Positions 1 to 13,190 of a stretch of 64,000 bases of DNA are shown here, in pieces (within the stretch, counting starts at the first letter, position 1; each line of letters opens with the position of its first letter). The stretch is from contig NC_081370.1 of NCBI RefSeq assembly GCF_030684315.1, positions 49,494,728 through 49,558,727 on the forward strand. Direction: 5' to 3'. The stretch is from Stegostoma tigrinum (lineage: Eukaryota). Position numbers and translations under genes: made by a program. The notes below the pieces were generated by a model that did no database searches, was not told where the DNA came from, and worked only from the letters and a program-made list of their open reading frames with translations.

Positions 1-24
1 AACAAGTGAATCATGAACAGTAAC

Positions 25-130
25 AACATAGAACATAGAACAATATAGGCCCTTCGGACCACGATGTTGTGCCAACCTATTATCCTACTAAGGTCAATCT
101 ACCCTGCATATACTACATTTTACTTAGTCC
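25..130 (-). mobile_element. CR1 LINE 3' tail fragment
   Basis: (catagaa)n tail followed by ggcccttcgg...gatgttgtgcc, the reverse complement of the CR1 3' end seen elsewhere in the window. Confidence 0.7.
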
Positions 131-834
131 TCCAATGGATGACATTAGTCATTATACTGTCTGTGTTTCGTTGTAAATTGGATATTGCAGCACATTGCAC
201 ATTCTTCAAGAATAGGCATGTACATAACTCAGAGTAGATATTTTCCTAATCAACTTGCTTGGATATGTTATTACATAACTCTGATACAGGTGGGACTTGA
301 GCCGAGGTTTCCTGGCTCAGAGGAAGGGACACTACTACAGTTTCACAAGACCATGAAGGAACACATTGCAAACATCCAATTAAAGATAGTTCATACTTTT
401 TCTTCAGATCAACTGGTGCTGTAAGGGGACAATTCCCATCAATCATTTTAAACCTAATACATTTCTCTTTTGCTTTTGAAACTGAATTGACTTTAGTCTT
501 TTGTTAAAGATCTTCACCTAAATGTCAATGCAGCATATTGTTCTTTTAATACTTCAAATTTTGAAAGGTAGTTGTGAGTGAGTCAAATGTATCTAATCAA
601 TCAATTACATATTCAATTGATATTGGATTAGAGTGCAATCAACACGTGGCGTGGGGATAGATGTTCAGTTTAATAAGAGTTTAAGATGGGATATAACACA
701 TTAGTTATACAGCAAAAATGTATGATCATCAAAAGTAATGATTACTGATCCAAATGAGTCAGCATCACTGACCTGCACAAATGTCTTTATTTCTTCTTGT
801 ACTTCATTTCTTAGTGTCCTGATCACGTTGGCTT

Positions 835-1600
835 AACATGAGAACTCGGAGCAGGAGTAGGCCATCCAGGCCCTGGAGCCTACCCTGCCATTTAATAAGA
901 TCATGGCTGATCTTTTTGAGACTCAGCTCCACTTACCCACCCACTCACTATAACCCTTAATTCCTTTACTGTTCAAAAATTTATCTAGCCTTGCCTTAAA
1001 CACATTCAGTGAGGTAGCTTCAACCGCTTCACTGGGCAGGGAATTCCATAGATTCACAACCCTTTGTGTGAAGAAGTTTCTCCTGACCTCAGTCCTATGT
1101 CTGTTTCCCTTTATTTTGAGACTATACCCCCTAGTCCTAGTTTCACCTGCTAGTGGAAACAACCTCCCTGCCTCCACTTTATCTCTTCCCTTCATAATCT
1201 TATATGCTTCTATAAGATCTCCCATCATTCTTCTGAATTCCAATGAGTATAATCCTACCCTACTCAGTCTCTCCTGATAATCTAACCCTCTCGACTCTAG
1301 AATCAACAGAGTGAATCTCCTCTGCATCCACTCCAGTGCTAGTATATCCATTCTCAAGTAAGGAGACCAAAACTGCACACAGTACCCCAGGTGTGGCCTC
1401 ACCAGGACCCTGTACAGCTGCAGCATAGCCTCCTCATTTTTAAACTCCATCCCTCCAGCAATGACAGACAAAATTCTATTTGCCTTTTTAATCACCTGCT
1501 GCACCTGCAATCCTACTTTTAGCGATTCATGTAGAAACACACACATGCCACTGCACAGCAGCATGCTGCAATTTTTCACCATGTAAAACATAATCCATTC
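835..1600 (-). mobile_element. CR1 LINE, 5'-truncated (RT C-terminus plus 3' UTR)
   Basis: ORF 923-1591 has CR1 ORF2 motifs LYRVLVRPHLGYCVQFWSP, LYSLEFRR..GDLIEAYKI and RRNFFTQRVVNLWNSLP. Confidence 0.9.
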
Positions 1601-1867
1601 ATAGAGCTCTCAGAATTACTTGATCAGGATTTTCATTCAGAATCCTCTTACTAGTGCTGACTGAAACCTAAAATCTGTTAGTCTATACCGACGTTCAGGG
1701 ATGGAAACCTGCATGAATTATTGATAAACTCTTGTGGCTCTACAAAGATTTAATTTATTTCAAAAGGCAGGCACCCTAATCTGAACCTTGTGTTATCTTT
1801 GATGTCAATCTATCCTCTATTAGCCCATTGCCTTTTGTATGGGTCATGCCCAAAAAGAATCATTCTC

Positions 1868-2005
1868 TTTGAGGAAGGGTCACTGGACCTGAAATGTTAA
1901 CTCTGTTTTTTTCCTTCACAGATGCTGTTGACCTACTGAACTTTTCCAGCAACTTGGTTTTTGTTCCTGATTTACAGCATCCGCAGTTCTTTCGGATTTT
2001 ATTCT
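1868..2005 (+). mobile_element. Penelope-like element terminus (family B) with degenerate hammerhead core
   Basis: tgagga-agggtcactggacct-gaaa-tgttaactctg; homologous to 19816-19951. Confidence 0.65.
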
Positions 2006-2009
2006 TATC

Positions 2010-2950
2010 CTTGACAAGCAGCACAAAGACTCGCCACCACTTGACCCTCAGTAGCAGCTGTATGTATCGTACAAGATGCACTTGAGAAAATCACCAATAT
2101 TCCTTGGATAGTATTCTCCAAACTCACAACCACTACCACAAGGACAGAAGGTATGGGGTAACACTATCATCTTCAATTTCGCAATGTAAGAGGCTAAGAA
2201 TACTGCAGCGACTAACTCACCTCCCGACTTCCCAAAGCCAGCCCACCACCTACAAGGCACTACTCAGGAATGTAATGGAAAACTCCCCACTTGCCTGGAT
2301 AGGTGCAACAACATTCAAGAGTCATGACACCATCCAGGACAAAACAGCCTGCTTGATCGGTAACATATCCAACGGCATTCATTCCCTCCACCATTGCTGC
2401 TCAGTAGCACCAGTATTTACTACCAACAAGATGCACAGCAGAAATTCACCAAAGATCTTTAGACAGCAGCTTCCAAACTCATGAACTTGTCTATCTCGAA
2501 GGACAATGCCAAAAATTACATGGGAACACCACTACTTCAGGTTCCCCTTCAAGCCACTTATCATCCTGACATGGAAATACATCACCGTTCCTTTACTGTT
2601 ACTGGGTCAAAATCCTGGAAATCACCCCTCTTTTCCAGGGCATTGTGGATCAATCTATAGCACATGGACTACATCGGTTCAAAGCAGCAACTAGCCATTG
2701 CCTTCACAGGAGCATCATGGGATGGGCAGTAAATGCTGGCCAGCTAGCGATGTCTACGTCCCAGAAGTGAACAAAAAAACCCTTTGGTGTCATTGGGTGG
2801 AAATCCCAGAAACCCCCACCCTAGTAATGGAGGTACCTACATTAAATAAATAGTAGCACTTCAAGAAGGCAGCTCATTACCATCCTTTCAAGGCCAGTGA
2901 GGGATGGCTAATAAATACTGCTCTAGCCAGCAAAACCCATATCCCTTGAA
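2010..2950 (+). mobile_element. Second LINE family (CR1/L2 group), 3' part with a duplicated 3' tail
   Basis: ORF 2104-2484 YKALLRNVMENSPLAWIGA...DTIQDKTACLI; tail gggatgg(g)c..taaat(g)ctg at ~2720 and again at ~2900. Confidence 0.7.
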
Positions 2951-3272
2951 ACAATAATTACAACTACTTCCTTCCAGTGCTTACAACCTCCATTTCTATC
3001 TTTCACAAGGTAGCACTTTCTCCCTATTCTATCTCAGTTAATGCAATGAGTCATCAAAAGATTTTGTTCATTTGACTATCAGTTATTAATGTACAAGAGT
3101 GAGAGGCCTGCTAATAAATATTCACAACATTATCCAGTTCAATTTTTCTTACCCTTGATCAGATGAGTAACTTGGGCCTTTCTTCACAGATGTTATGTCT
3201 AAGTGTTCCCATAAACTACCAAATACATGCACATTAAAATTCACATTGTTGCTACTTATGGTTTTCTATTTA

Positions 3273-6200
3273 TGTTAGCCCATAGAGCATACTTCAGATA
3301 GTCAGGCTCTGTGGAGTCAAACATCTTGATATTTACTTACAAGGCTGTAGTATCACAGACTTACACACACAGTCTGGGTCCGTGCTTACTGATTTGCTGT
3401 ACATCGCACACATTCAACCTTTGACTACACCGATTCCCTTATACACTCAGACAGATTGAGAGAGACGGAAAGGGCAGTGAGCACCTTTAGTACCAGAATG
3501 TCACATATTATGATGTTATGTCAATATCCTATATGTACAGGCCTGTATGATCTGGATTAAATGCCATGGTACAACAAACCCCTTTTCCAATTAAAGAATG
3601 GAAAGGCTTTTTCACTAACTTGCGCAGATTGTGTATCAATATATTGTTTCAATCCATTTATATTGTGCTTTGGTGAAAGACAACATGGTCAGACTTGGTC
3701 ATTATATCACTATCACAACTTAATGGTACAGCTTCGCTCTACAGTGTCCTACCCATCATTGCAGGTATATGTGTATCATTCATTGTTATCTAGCTTGATT
3801 CTTCAGTATCTGAGTTGTCATTCTGCATGACAGGTTGTTGATGTGCCTTCTGGTTACATTGTCTATTTGCTGGACATGATCATTGCTTATTGGCATGTTG
3901 TACTATTTAGGCTGGGTACAGCAGATGATAAAGCAATGTGATCATGTGAAATTCACAAATGTTGTCCCAATTCAAGTTTAAATATCTGCATGCTCATTGA
4001 GCATTCTCTTGTGGTATTTTCTCTCTTCTTTCCAAAAATGTGTCACGTACATGTGATTGGGTAGTGAGGATGTGTGTATCCGTCTCCTAAGCAACAGAGT
4101 TGTTGATGAGGTAAATCAGCTACCTAGAGCAGTGGAATGTAGGTTTAAACAGCTCTCTGAAAATCTTGGCAAGTTTCTTGAATTTAATGATCATGGATTT
4201 TACTGAGTAAGCAGTGCATTTTGTGAGAACAGTCGACTGAGGGCAGTGAGAGGAAAAGTAATATGTTTTAACATCCCATTTTCTGCACGTTTCTGGAGAG
4301 TTCACTAGAGCACTGCAGACTGTCATTGGACACAATTTGTTGACGTACACCAAAGATATTGAAAAGGCAATCAATGCGTTAACAATCATTGGGCAAATTG
4401 TATCCTGTCACACAAATTGGAATTTGATGAAATTATCAATCAACAGCATGTAGCTCTATCCTTGGACAGAGAAAATATCAGTTACAATCTTACATCTTGG
4501 TTCAGAAGACTCATGTGGAATTGACATGTCTCCCATAATTTGATTAAGTAAGTAATCTCCTTAGTATGCTGTGAAAATGTATGGATTCATTCTTCACTCT
4601 CTTGGCTTTTCCCATGCCCAAGTTACCAACATGTATGTAGTTTAGCATTGATGTAAACCTTGCAGAATTTTGCCTTGTTTGTCTTTGAAGATTACATATG
4701 TGGAGAGTCCTAGTTAATCAATGAATGACCAGAATGAACCTACTAACTCAGGGATTTGCTAGATAGGCTCAAGTTCAATGATGATAATGATAATCTCTTT
4801 GCACTTTTCAAGTAGGTCATCATCTGACATAGCTTGTCGAATCTGTTCTGCTTGACAATGACCAAAACGTATGATATCATTGTTAACATTAACTTTCTTT
4901 TACATTCTACATCCTTGTGTCACATCCAAAATGAAATGATCAATTCCTTCACTTTGCCATTTGCAAGTTGACTTGATCTCAAGCTTCTGCATCCTGAAAT
5001 TAATGCAAACCTAACTCAAATATGAAAAATGTTATCAGGATCATTGTGGTTCTTGTTAGAAATACCAGAAAGTTTTATTATTCTTAGCACCTGTGGCCAA
5101 AATGAAAAGAAAGTTGACTGTTTTCTTGTCTTTGAACTGCTGATGCTCAGAGTAAAGAACATAGAACATAGAACATAAAACGTAGAACAATACAGTGCAG
5201 AACAGGTCCTTCGGCCCTCGTTGTTGTGCCAACCTATGAACTAGTCTAAGCCCCTCGCCCTACAGTATCCCATCATTATCCATATGCTTACCCAAGGACT
5301 GTTTAAATGCCTCTTATGTGGCTGAGTTAACTACATTGGCAGGCAGGGCGTCCCACGCCCTTACCACTCTCTGAGTAAAGAACCTGCCTCTGACATCTGT
5401 CTTAGATCTATCACCCCTCAATTTGTAGCTATGCCCCCTTGTACAAGCTGAAGTCATCATCCTCGGAAAAAGACTCCCACTGTCCACTCTATCTAATCCT
5501 CTGATCATCTTGTATGTCTCAATTAAATACCCTCTTAGCCTCCTTCCCTCCAATGAGAACAGACCCAAGTCCCTCAGCCTTTCTTCATAGGGCCTGCGCT
5601 CCAGACCAGGCAATGTCCAGGTAAATCTCCGCGGCACCTTTTCCAATGCTTTCACATTGATGGTTTTAAACAACTGAAGTTCTGACTGAATGTCAATGGA
5701 TTTCCAATCCATGGCTTCATCTGTGCCTTCCATCTTTTTGCTTTTTAAAATGCTAGCATAATAACCTATATTACAGTATAGTGTTTTTGTGTTTTCACTA
5801 CCCTATACGTACTTTTGTATTGTATGTTGCTGTCCTTGCAAAAATTGCAGGCATGTTGTGGCTTTCTCTTTTCTGTAGGTGGTATTTGTCGCAAATTAAA
5901 GGAGTGGGAATGTTGTATATGTCTTTATTTGAAGTTTTGCTTAAATGTGGAAATGAAAATGGCAAAACTGACTGATGTCTGGACACAGGAAACACTAGAA
6001 ATAAAAATTTCCATGTTTTTAAATTGTATTTTGTTTAGGCATGTTTTGAATCTGTCCTTTCAGAATAATTTAAGAGTCTCAAAATTCATAATCAGATCAA
6101 CAGCCTCTCCTGTTTTTTTTAAGACATGAAGTACTCACTGTGCTTCAGCCAAGATTTTAAGTTTGGTTATAGCACAGTGATTTTGGTTGTAGTTATAATT

Positions 6201-6649
6201 TCAACTCTGAATATGAACAAATTGATGGATGACTGTCAGGGTAAAGGCATTCCACATCTGCTAATTGTGCCATCATCCTTTCAGCCTTTAGTGTCCTTAC
6301 TGCCACTAATTAGCTGCCATGGTTAGCTTTGAGTGCTCAGGACCCAGTTTGTGTCCTCTATAAGTGTTAATCTACATACCTAATCTGTTGAATCAAATAC
6401 CTTATAGTTTCTTTACAGCGCTAACTATTTACAAGGCTATGACATGACATCCTAGACACACAGTCTGGCTTGAGTGTTTACTGATGTTACCGCAAATTGT
6501 ACACACATTATGAACTGACTACACCAATTCAATGAAAGAAAATGAGAGATTGACATTGGAGGAAGTACGAGAAGATCATGTTATGATATTATGCGACTTT
6601 CTTAAAGGTGTAGGTATGTCCGTCCTGGAGCTGATACCATAATAGAACA
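3273..6649 (-). mobile_element. Decayed Gypsy/Ty3 LTR retrotransposon with both LTRs
   Basis: Diverged direct repeats ~3273-3576 and ~6321-6649; on the minus strand a polypurine tract (ggaaaaggggtt) abuts the TGTTGT start of the 3' LTR; ORF 4120-4389 has integrase-like KWDVKT..SSHCPQS...SVKSMIIK; interrupted by CR1 at 5156-5657. Confidence 0.7.
5156..5657 (-). mobile_element. CR1 LINE 3' fragment nested in the Gypsy element
   Basis: (catagaa)n tail; ORF 5314-5733 LFSLEGRRLRGYLIETYKMIRG..RGHSYKL..FFTQRVV. Confidence 0.9.
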
Positions 6650-7050
6650 TGTACTGTATTGCCTGGGACCTCACAAACTGAAACACTTCACCAGTTGACA
6701 TCTGTAATTAGTGCAAGAAACACTTTGTAAACTGTTGCCAGTTTCAAGGTTTCCTTGTGAAAGCCATATGCAGTAATTTGCACCAGATCCATGTAAAGGA
6801 TTAAAAGCTGCATATGTATTTTTATGATTTACAAGCGTTGTTCAAACCCTCAGAAAAACCTTAACAGTGAAAATCAAAGACTGTCTCAAAACAAACTAAA
6901 ATACTTACTAGAGTTCTGCATTATCATGATGACAGGCTGATTGAGTCAAAATGTTTGCTGAGGAGATGTACAACCGATGGAACACAAATGTCTTTTGAAC
7001 ATTGGCAGATTTTAAACAGATGTAATGCAATCAAAGTTACAATATAAAAT

Positions 7051-7197
7051 ACAAATGCTGTCAGTGTGAAGTAACTGCCAGAATTGACTGCAATCAGTCC
7101 CCTGCACGGCTGAATCGTTAACTGTTTGGTTCACCGGTATTTTAAACTCTCCGTCACTGCCTGCTTCTCGCATACGTTGGATAATGCAAATGTATTA
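7051..7197. repeat. Source arm of a 147-bp inverted duplication (partner 7950-8096)
   Basis: Reverse complement matches 7950-8096 with about 3 mismatches. Confidence 0.95.
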
Positions 7198-7708
7198 GTA
7201 CTTCAGAGAGCATTTTTATGGACCTTAATGAGCAGTAGGCAATATTATCTAAGACTGTTGGTCCCTTCAGCCTGGTTCTTATAATAGTGAATCCTTTAGT
7301 CAAAATTGAATGAAAAGTCATTTATCTATTTCATACTAATAATATATACTAGGCACATTGTTAATAAATGCCCAAGACATGGCTTGGGGCTTGGCATGGC
7401 CTCGGTTGCATCTCATGAGGTAGCTGTGAGATGGCAAAAAGAACTGAGGTTGAATCCGGTAGTTCAAGGCAGCAATGGGTGATCCATTGGCATTTCCATT
7501 CCTGTCCTACAATCCCTCAGAAATGTGTTCTTTTCCAGTTTAACGTCTTTTTACGCAGTTCACAGATGAAAGGTCACAAACCTGAAACCTCAAGGCAGAT
7601 TTGCAAAGCAGATTCAGTAGCCAACGCCAAGATGAATTCTGGCTCCAGGCTCTGACACATGGCCACGTCACCCACATTTCTGAATGTAAACACCTTTATT
7701 GATCAGGA

Positions 7709-7919
7709 TAACAAAGTGTAGAGCTGGATGAACACAGCAGGTCAAGCAGCATCTTAGAAGCAGGAAAGCTGACGTTTCGGGCCTAGACCCTTCCTGAAGA
7801 AGGGTTTAGGCCCGAAACATCAGCTTTTCTGCTCCTAAGATACTGCTTGGCCTGCTGTGTTCATCCGGCTCTACTCCTTGTTTTCTTGGATTCTCCAGCA
7901 TCTACATTTCCTATTATCT
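7709..7919. mobile_element. Palindromic Penelope-like terminus (family A) with hammerhead core
   Basis: Inverted arms; core ctgaaga-agggtttaggccc-gaaa-catc at 7794-7821; TSD ctttattga(t/g)cagga at 7694-7708 and 7920-7934. Confidence 0.85.
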
Positions 7920-7949
7920 CTTTATTGAGCAGGAAGTTGGTTTGGTGAA

Positions 7950-8096
7950 TAATACATTTGCATTATCCAACGTATACGAGAAGCAGGCAGTGACGGAGAG
8001 TTTAAAATACCGGTGAACCAAACAGTTAACAATTCAGCCGTGCAGGGGGCTGATTGCAGTCAATTCTGGCAGTTACTTCACACTGACAGCATTTGT
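7950..8096. repeat. Inserted arm of the 147-bp inverted duplication
   Basis: Inverted copy of 7051-7197, flanked by direct repeat gtttggtgaat (7940-7950 and 8097-8107). Confidence 0.95.
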
Positions 8097-8167
8097 GTTT
8101 GGTGAATTTTGCTGCCTGCCTGATATCAGTAGCAAAGTCAGACTGCAGCCATAACATGGATATCACA

Positions 8168-8565
8168 GCATGGAACTGAATGAACACAGCGAGCCAGGCA
8201 GCATCAGAGGAGCAGGAAACCTGATGTTTTGGGTCGGGACTCTTCTTCAGAAATGGGGAAGAGGCAGGGGGCTTTTAAATGCATAGGGGTGTTGGGTTGT
8301 TAAAGGTAGGTGAGATGGTGATAGCAGGTAGGTAGTGGTGGGGATTGGTCAGTGAGGTGGGATGAGCAGATAGGTAGGAGGGAAGACGGACAGGTCAAGG
8401 AGGTGGGGATGAGAGGGAGGGTTGGTCTTGGGATGAGGCCGGGGGGTGGGGAGATTTTATAGATCGTAAAGTCCACATTGAGATCATTGGGTTGTAGGTT
8501 CCAAGGCAGAATATGAGGTGCTGCTCCTCTAGTTTCCGGGTGGCATCGTTGTTACACTGGAGGCC
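8168..8565 (-). mobile_element. Penelope-like element 3' fragment (GIY-YIG C-terminus plus terminus)
   Basis: ORF 8395-8601 GLQCNNDATRKLEEQHLIFCLGT; degenerate hammerhead near 8224-8250. Confidence 0.8.
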
Positions 8566-8677
8566 ATTTTTTGCTCTCCTGCCAAATAGACCAGGCAGCA
8601 CCTCAGAGGGAACATTACGGACATGTAAAATAAAGACACTGATTCAAACTGGCACAAGGAATGACAATTTTCAACTT

Positions 8678-8918
8678 GGCAGGGTAACTCAGTGGTTAAC
8701 ACTGCTGCCTCACAGCACCAGCGACCCAGGGTGACTCAGTGTGCAGTTTGCACATTCCCCCCTGTGTTTGTACTGGCTTCCCCTTGGACGGTCTGGTTTC
8801 CTCCCACAGTCCAAAGATGTGCAGGACATAGATCAGCCATGGGAAATGCAGGATGATAGGGCTGGGGTACGGATCTGGGTGAGATGCTGATTGGCCTGCT
8901 TCCACACTGCAGTGATTC
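8678..8918 (+). mobile_element. HE1/V-SINE-type tRNA-derived SINE (degenerate)
   Basis: A-box-like ctcagtggttaacactgctgcctcacagc; central tttgcacattcccc...ggtttcctcccacagtccaaagatgtgcagg. Confidence 0.85.
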
Positions 8919-8939
8919 ACAATGGAAACATTAAAGTGA

Positions 8940-10080
8940 CCTGAGATTCCTTCGATTCCTTGTAAGCTTCAGTAAGATCACCTATCATTCTTCCATCTAT
9001 ATGGACTCTATCAACTCATAAGATACCCCAATAAGCACATCAAATGCTGGCCTATCCAGTAATGCCAACAGCCTGTGAATAAATGAAAAGAAAGCCCACA
9101 TCCAGGTATCAGCCCAGCACACTTATGCAGCTATTACTAAAGCAAATATATCCACGCTTAAGTGACAATGTGCTTCCTGTGCACCGTATTCTTTGGTGAT
9201 CTCAGTAGCTATACATTTGTAACAAAACCTTCTACCTTTCTACTCCATTAACCTTGCATTAAAGACCAACACTCCAATTGCCTTCTGTATTAGTGGCTGG
9301 ACTTACATGGCACCTTTAGTATTTTATTTATATTGGCACTCAGATGCCTCTATACCGAAGCATTCAACAGTCTCTCCCCATTTACAAAAATGTCCTGCGT
9401 TTCTTTTTCTGCGAAGAGGACAACCTCACATTTTTCTATATCGTACTACATCTGGCTAATAGTCGTCCATGTATTTAACATGTCTAAATCCTCTTGCAGA
9501 CTTCTTGCATCCTCCTCACATAGCATTAGCTAGGATATATGGCTCAGGAACAGGATATTCGAACCAACCAGGCCATAGTTGTGTTTGTGCTCTCTTCAAT
9601 CCTTCTTTCACCATTCCCTCATTAAATCTATAATCACAACCCTCTCTTCCTTTCTCCACCATACACTTGTCTATCTTTATCTTGAATTCATCCCTTTAAT
9701 TAGTTTTAATTACTTCCTGTGATAATGATTTCCACAATCTAACCACTCTTCTGAAAAAGAGGTTCCTTGTAATTTCTCTATTGGATTTCATGGTGACTGT
9801 CCTACATTGATGGTTTCTGGTTATGCATTTTTTCACAAGAGCAATGATCCCTTCTGTATCCACTCAATCAAACACTTGCATAATTTAAAAGCTATCAACA
9901 GGTCACACCCTCAGCATTCCTTTCTCAAGGGAATGATGAACCAGTCAATCAATGTTGTCCTGATACATATAGCCTGAATTTCTGGTATCATACCTGTAAA
10001 TCTTCTCTGCACTCTCTCCGGTGTGTCTTTTTTTATTCATTCTAAGGTGACCACAACTGCCCACAGTGCTTTTAACCTAA
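8940..10080 (-). mobile_element. Old, decayed CR1 fragments
   Basis: Weak similarity to reverse-complement CR1 ORF2 (gatcacctatcattcttc, ttccacaatctaaccactct, aaatcttctctgcactctctcc). Confidence 0.5.
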
Positions 10081-10667
10081 TCAAAAAATAGTCTGGGTAT
10101 AGCATAAAGAAGACAGGAATGAGTGCTCAACAGCAGATGAGCTGAGACAGGGCTAAGTTAAGCAATATTCTGGGGGCAGATGTAGGCAGCCTCAGTGACA
10201 TGACTTAAATGAGTTTGATGCTCATGTCGGTATCATATGTGACACTAAGGTTGTTTAAAGACAGATCTATTCTCAGGTAAGAGCCATGAAGAGAGATGTA
10301 GTTGTCAGTGAGAGAATAGGATTTGGTACGTTATTCTTCATCACTATTTCTGTGAATCTATTAACCTCATCATGAATCTCTTATTTAGAAAGTCATCAAG
10401 ACTACACAATTACTGTTGCCTGCAACTCTACTTTTCGTTGCTTTATCTTAACTCCAAAGCACAGTCAATCATTCGACAGTGTGGGAGTCTGAGATACAAT
10501 AGAACTGATAAAAAATGCTTCTTAGTTGATCAAACCTAAATAAGACACGAGGGAGGTAATAGTTTGCTCTGCTCTAGATGAACTGTGGAACCTCCATATC
10601 CATTGATCATTGTGCAGCATTAAAATAGTTAATATGCTTGTCATTTATAGCCTGACAAGGAAAGTCT

Positions 10668-10960
10668 GGCGCGATGGCTCAGTGGTTAGCACTGCTCCCT
10701 CACAGTGCCAGGGGCCTGATACCACAGTACCAGGGCACATTATTCCAGTGTCTATGCGGGTTTCCTCCAGGCACTCCGGTTTCCTCCCACACTCCAAAGA
10801 TATGCAGGCTCGGTGGATTGGCCATAATGTGTAGGCTAGGTGGTTTAGCCATGGGAAGTGCAGGGTGACAGGATTGAGAAGCAGAGTGGGATGGTCTTCA
10901 GATAGTCATTGTAGACTTGATGGGCTGAATGCCCTGCTTCCACATTGTGGGGATTCTATT
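10668..10960 (+). mobile_element. HE1/V-SINE-type SINE
   Basis: ggcgcgatggctcagtggttagcactgc; gggtttcctccaggcactccggtttcctcccac. Confidence 0.85.
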
Positions 10961-11129
10961 TTAAAAAAATATTCTAAAGGAGGTATTTCTCAAAAAAGTA
11001 ACAAATATAATTTTCTTCGAACTAAATTCTCAAGTTAAATAAATTAGAGAACTTTAGACAGCTATCAATATTTTGTTCATGGTGTAAGTACAATTACACA
11101 GTGAAATACAGATCCCGGACATACAGATA

Positions 11130-11965
11130 GGATGTAAACTGATACAACACAGCAATGGGCCCTTCAGCCAGACATGATGTGAAATTAAACTAATGCCTTT
11201 TACTTGCCCGTGGTCCATATCTCTCCATTCCTTGCATATTCATGTACTTATCTAAAAGCTTCTTAAATGTTCCTATCATATCTGTCCCCACCACTATCCC
11301 TGGCAGCATGCTCCAGACTCCTGTGTAAAATGTTTGCCCCTCATATCTCATTTGAACTTTCCCCCTCTCACCTTAAATGCATGCCCCCTAGTTTTAGACA
11401 TTTCAATACGGGAAGAAAAGATTTTGACTGCCAACCCTGTCTATGCATGTCATAATTTTATAAGCTTCTATCAAGTCACCCCTTAGCCTTCGCTGCTCCA
11501 GAGAAAACAACACAAGTATTTCTAGCCTCTCCCTATTGATCATATCCTGTAATCCAGGCAGCATCCTTGTCAATCTCTTCTGCACCCTTTCCAAAGCATC
11601 CATAGCCTTCCTGTAATGCAGTGACCAGAACTCAATGCAGTACTATAAGTGTGGCCTAACAAAAGTCTTATGAAGCTGCAACATGATATCCTGACTCTTG
11701 TACTCAATTACCCATATGCCTTCTTACTCCCCTATCTACTTGGGTGGCTACTTTCAGGGAGCTACAGATTTGAACCCAATGCTGTTCAAGGACCTGCCAT
11801 TAACTCTGTACTTTTCGTTAACTTTTGATCTCCCAAAGTGCAGCACCTCATGCTTATATGAATTAAAGCCCATCCACCATTTCTCCACCCATATCTGCAA
11901 CAGTCTATATCCTGCTGTATTCTTTGACAACCTGCTACCCTATTCACAACTCCACTGATCTTTGT
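11130..11965 (-). mobile_element. CR1 LINE fragment
   Basis: ORF 11403-11603 DALERVQKRLTRMLPGL...FSLEQRRLRGDLIEAYKI. Confidence 0.85.
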
Positions 11966-13064
11966 ATGGCAAAGACCAGATCGTATTTTCATGGTGTTGA
12001 CTGAAAGATAATGATTGATCAGGACGCTGATGATCTTCCATTGAATAATGCCATGGGATCTTTCCAACCACACAACCAAACAGAAGGGGCCACTTTTTAA
12101 AACTTCATCTAAAAGGAGGTTCCTCTAGTAGCATAACACTCCCTCAGTTTTGTTCAAAGCATTGGCCTTGATAGTTGCACTCTTGAAGAATTGGTTTCAA
12201 TGTTTAGAAGCAATTTGAACGCAGAACTTTATGGCTCAGGGCACAAGTTTTCAATGGCAACATTGCTGAATTGACGGTTATAAGTCATCACAGTTTAAGA
12301 AGAACCTCAGTGTGCTCAAAATATGGAGGGTTGAATCTTACTTTTTTTAGCTAAGTGTCCATTCTGTTGAGTTTTGAATTTCATAATGTGTTCTTTCAGC
12401 GAGACCTAGTGAGTTTTCTTGCCATACCTTGCCTCATTTAAGCACCTGTCTCATCCTTATGGCAATTTTCTCATCTGTTTCTTGTCTGTGGTACCAGTCA
12501 CTGAACCTGGAACAAATTGCCACTGCCTGGATCCTCACGTTGGGCTGGCATCCTTGACCCCAGTGCCACCTTTAAAAGGATGGACAATCACCGTTAGTCT
12601 GAAGTTGGGGGTTTTCTAGCATTTTCTTGGATTTGGCAGGGGAAGGAAAAGTGGTACCCTACTTTGTGGGCACCTGGAGGTCCTGGTGGACAGATTTGAT
12701 TTGATTTATTATTATCACATGTTCGGGGCTACAGTGAAAAGTATCGTATTACGTACTAACTAGATAAATCATACCTTACATAAGTATGTCAGAGTAATTG
12801 AACAGAATGCAGAATATAGTGCGACAGCTACAGAGAAGGTGCAGAGAAAGATCAACCCTAATATATGAGAGGTCCATTCATAAGTCTGATAACGCCAGGG
12901 AAGAAATTGTTCTTGAATCTGTTGATAAGTGTTTTCAAATACTTGTATCTCCTGTCAGGGTGGAGAGGGTGGATGAGTGGATAGCCAGGGTGGGAGGGGT
13001 CTTTGATTATGTGACTGTTTTCCCAAGGCAGCAGGGAGCACAGATGGAGACAATGAAAGAAAGT

Positions 13065-13190
13065 TCTTATGAAAAGTCACCTAGACTTGAAGCATTAGCT
13101 TGCTCTCCCTCCATAGATGCTGCTTCACTGCAATTTTCAGGGTTTTTCGTCTTCAGTACAAATTCCAGCAGCTGCAGTAATTTGCTCCTC
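13065..13190 (+). mobile_element. Penelope-like terminus (family B), decayed, nested in the Rex LINE
   Basis: gttcttatga-aaagtcacctagactt-gaag-cattagct...agatgctgc; similar to 19816 and 33104. Confidence 0.5.

Noticed and set aside
7051-8096. Inverted pairs (also 37140-38855) as TIRs of DNA transposons
   Set aside because: No TSD outside the outer ends; the direct repeat flanks only one arm, and the interior is unrelated sequence
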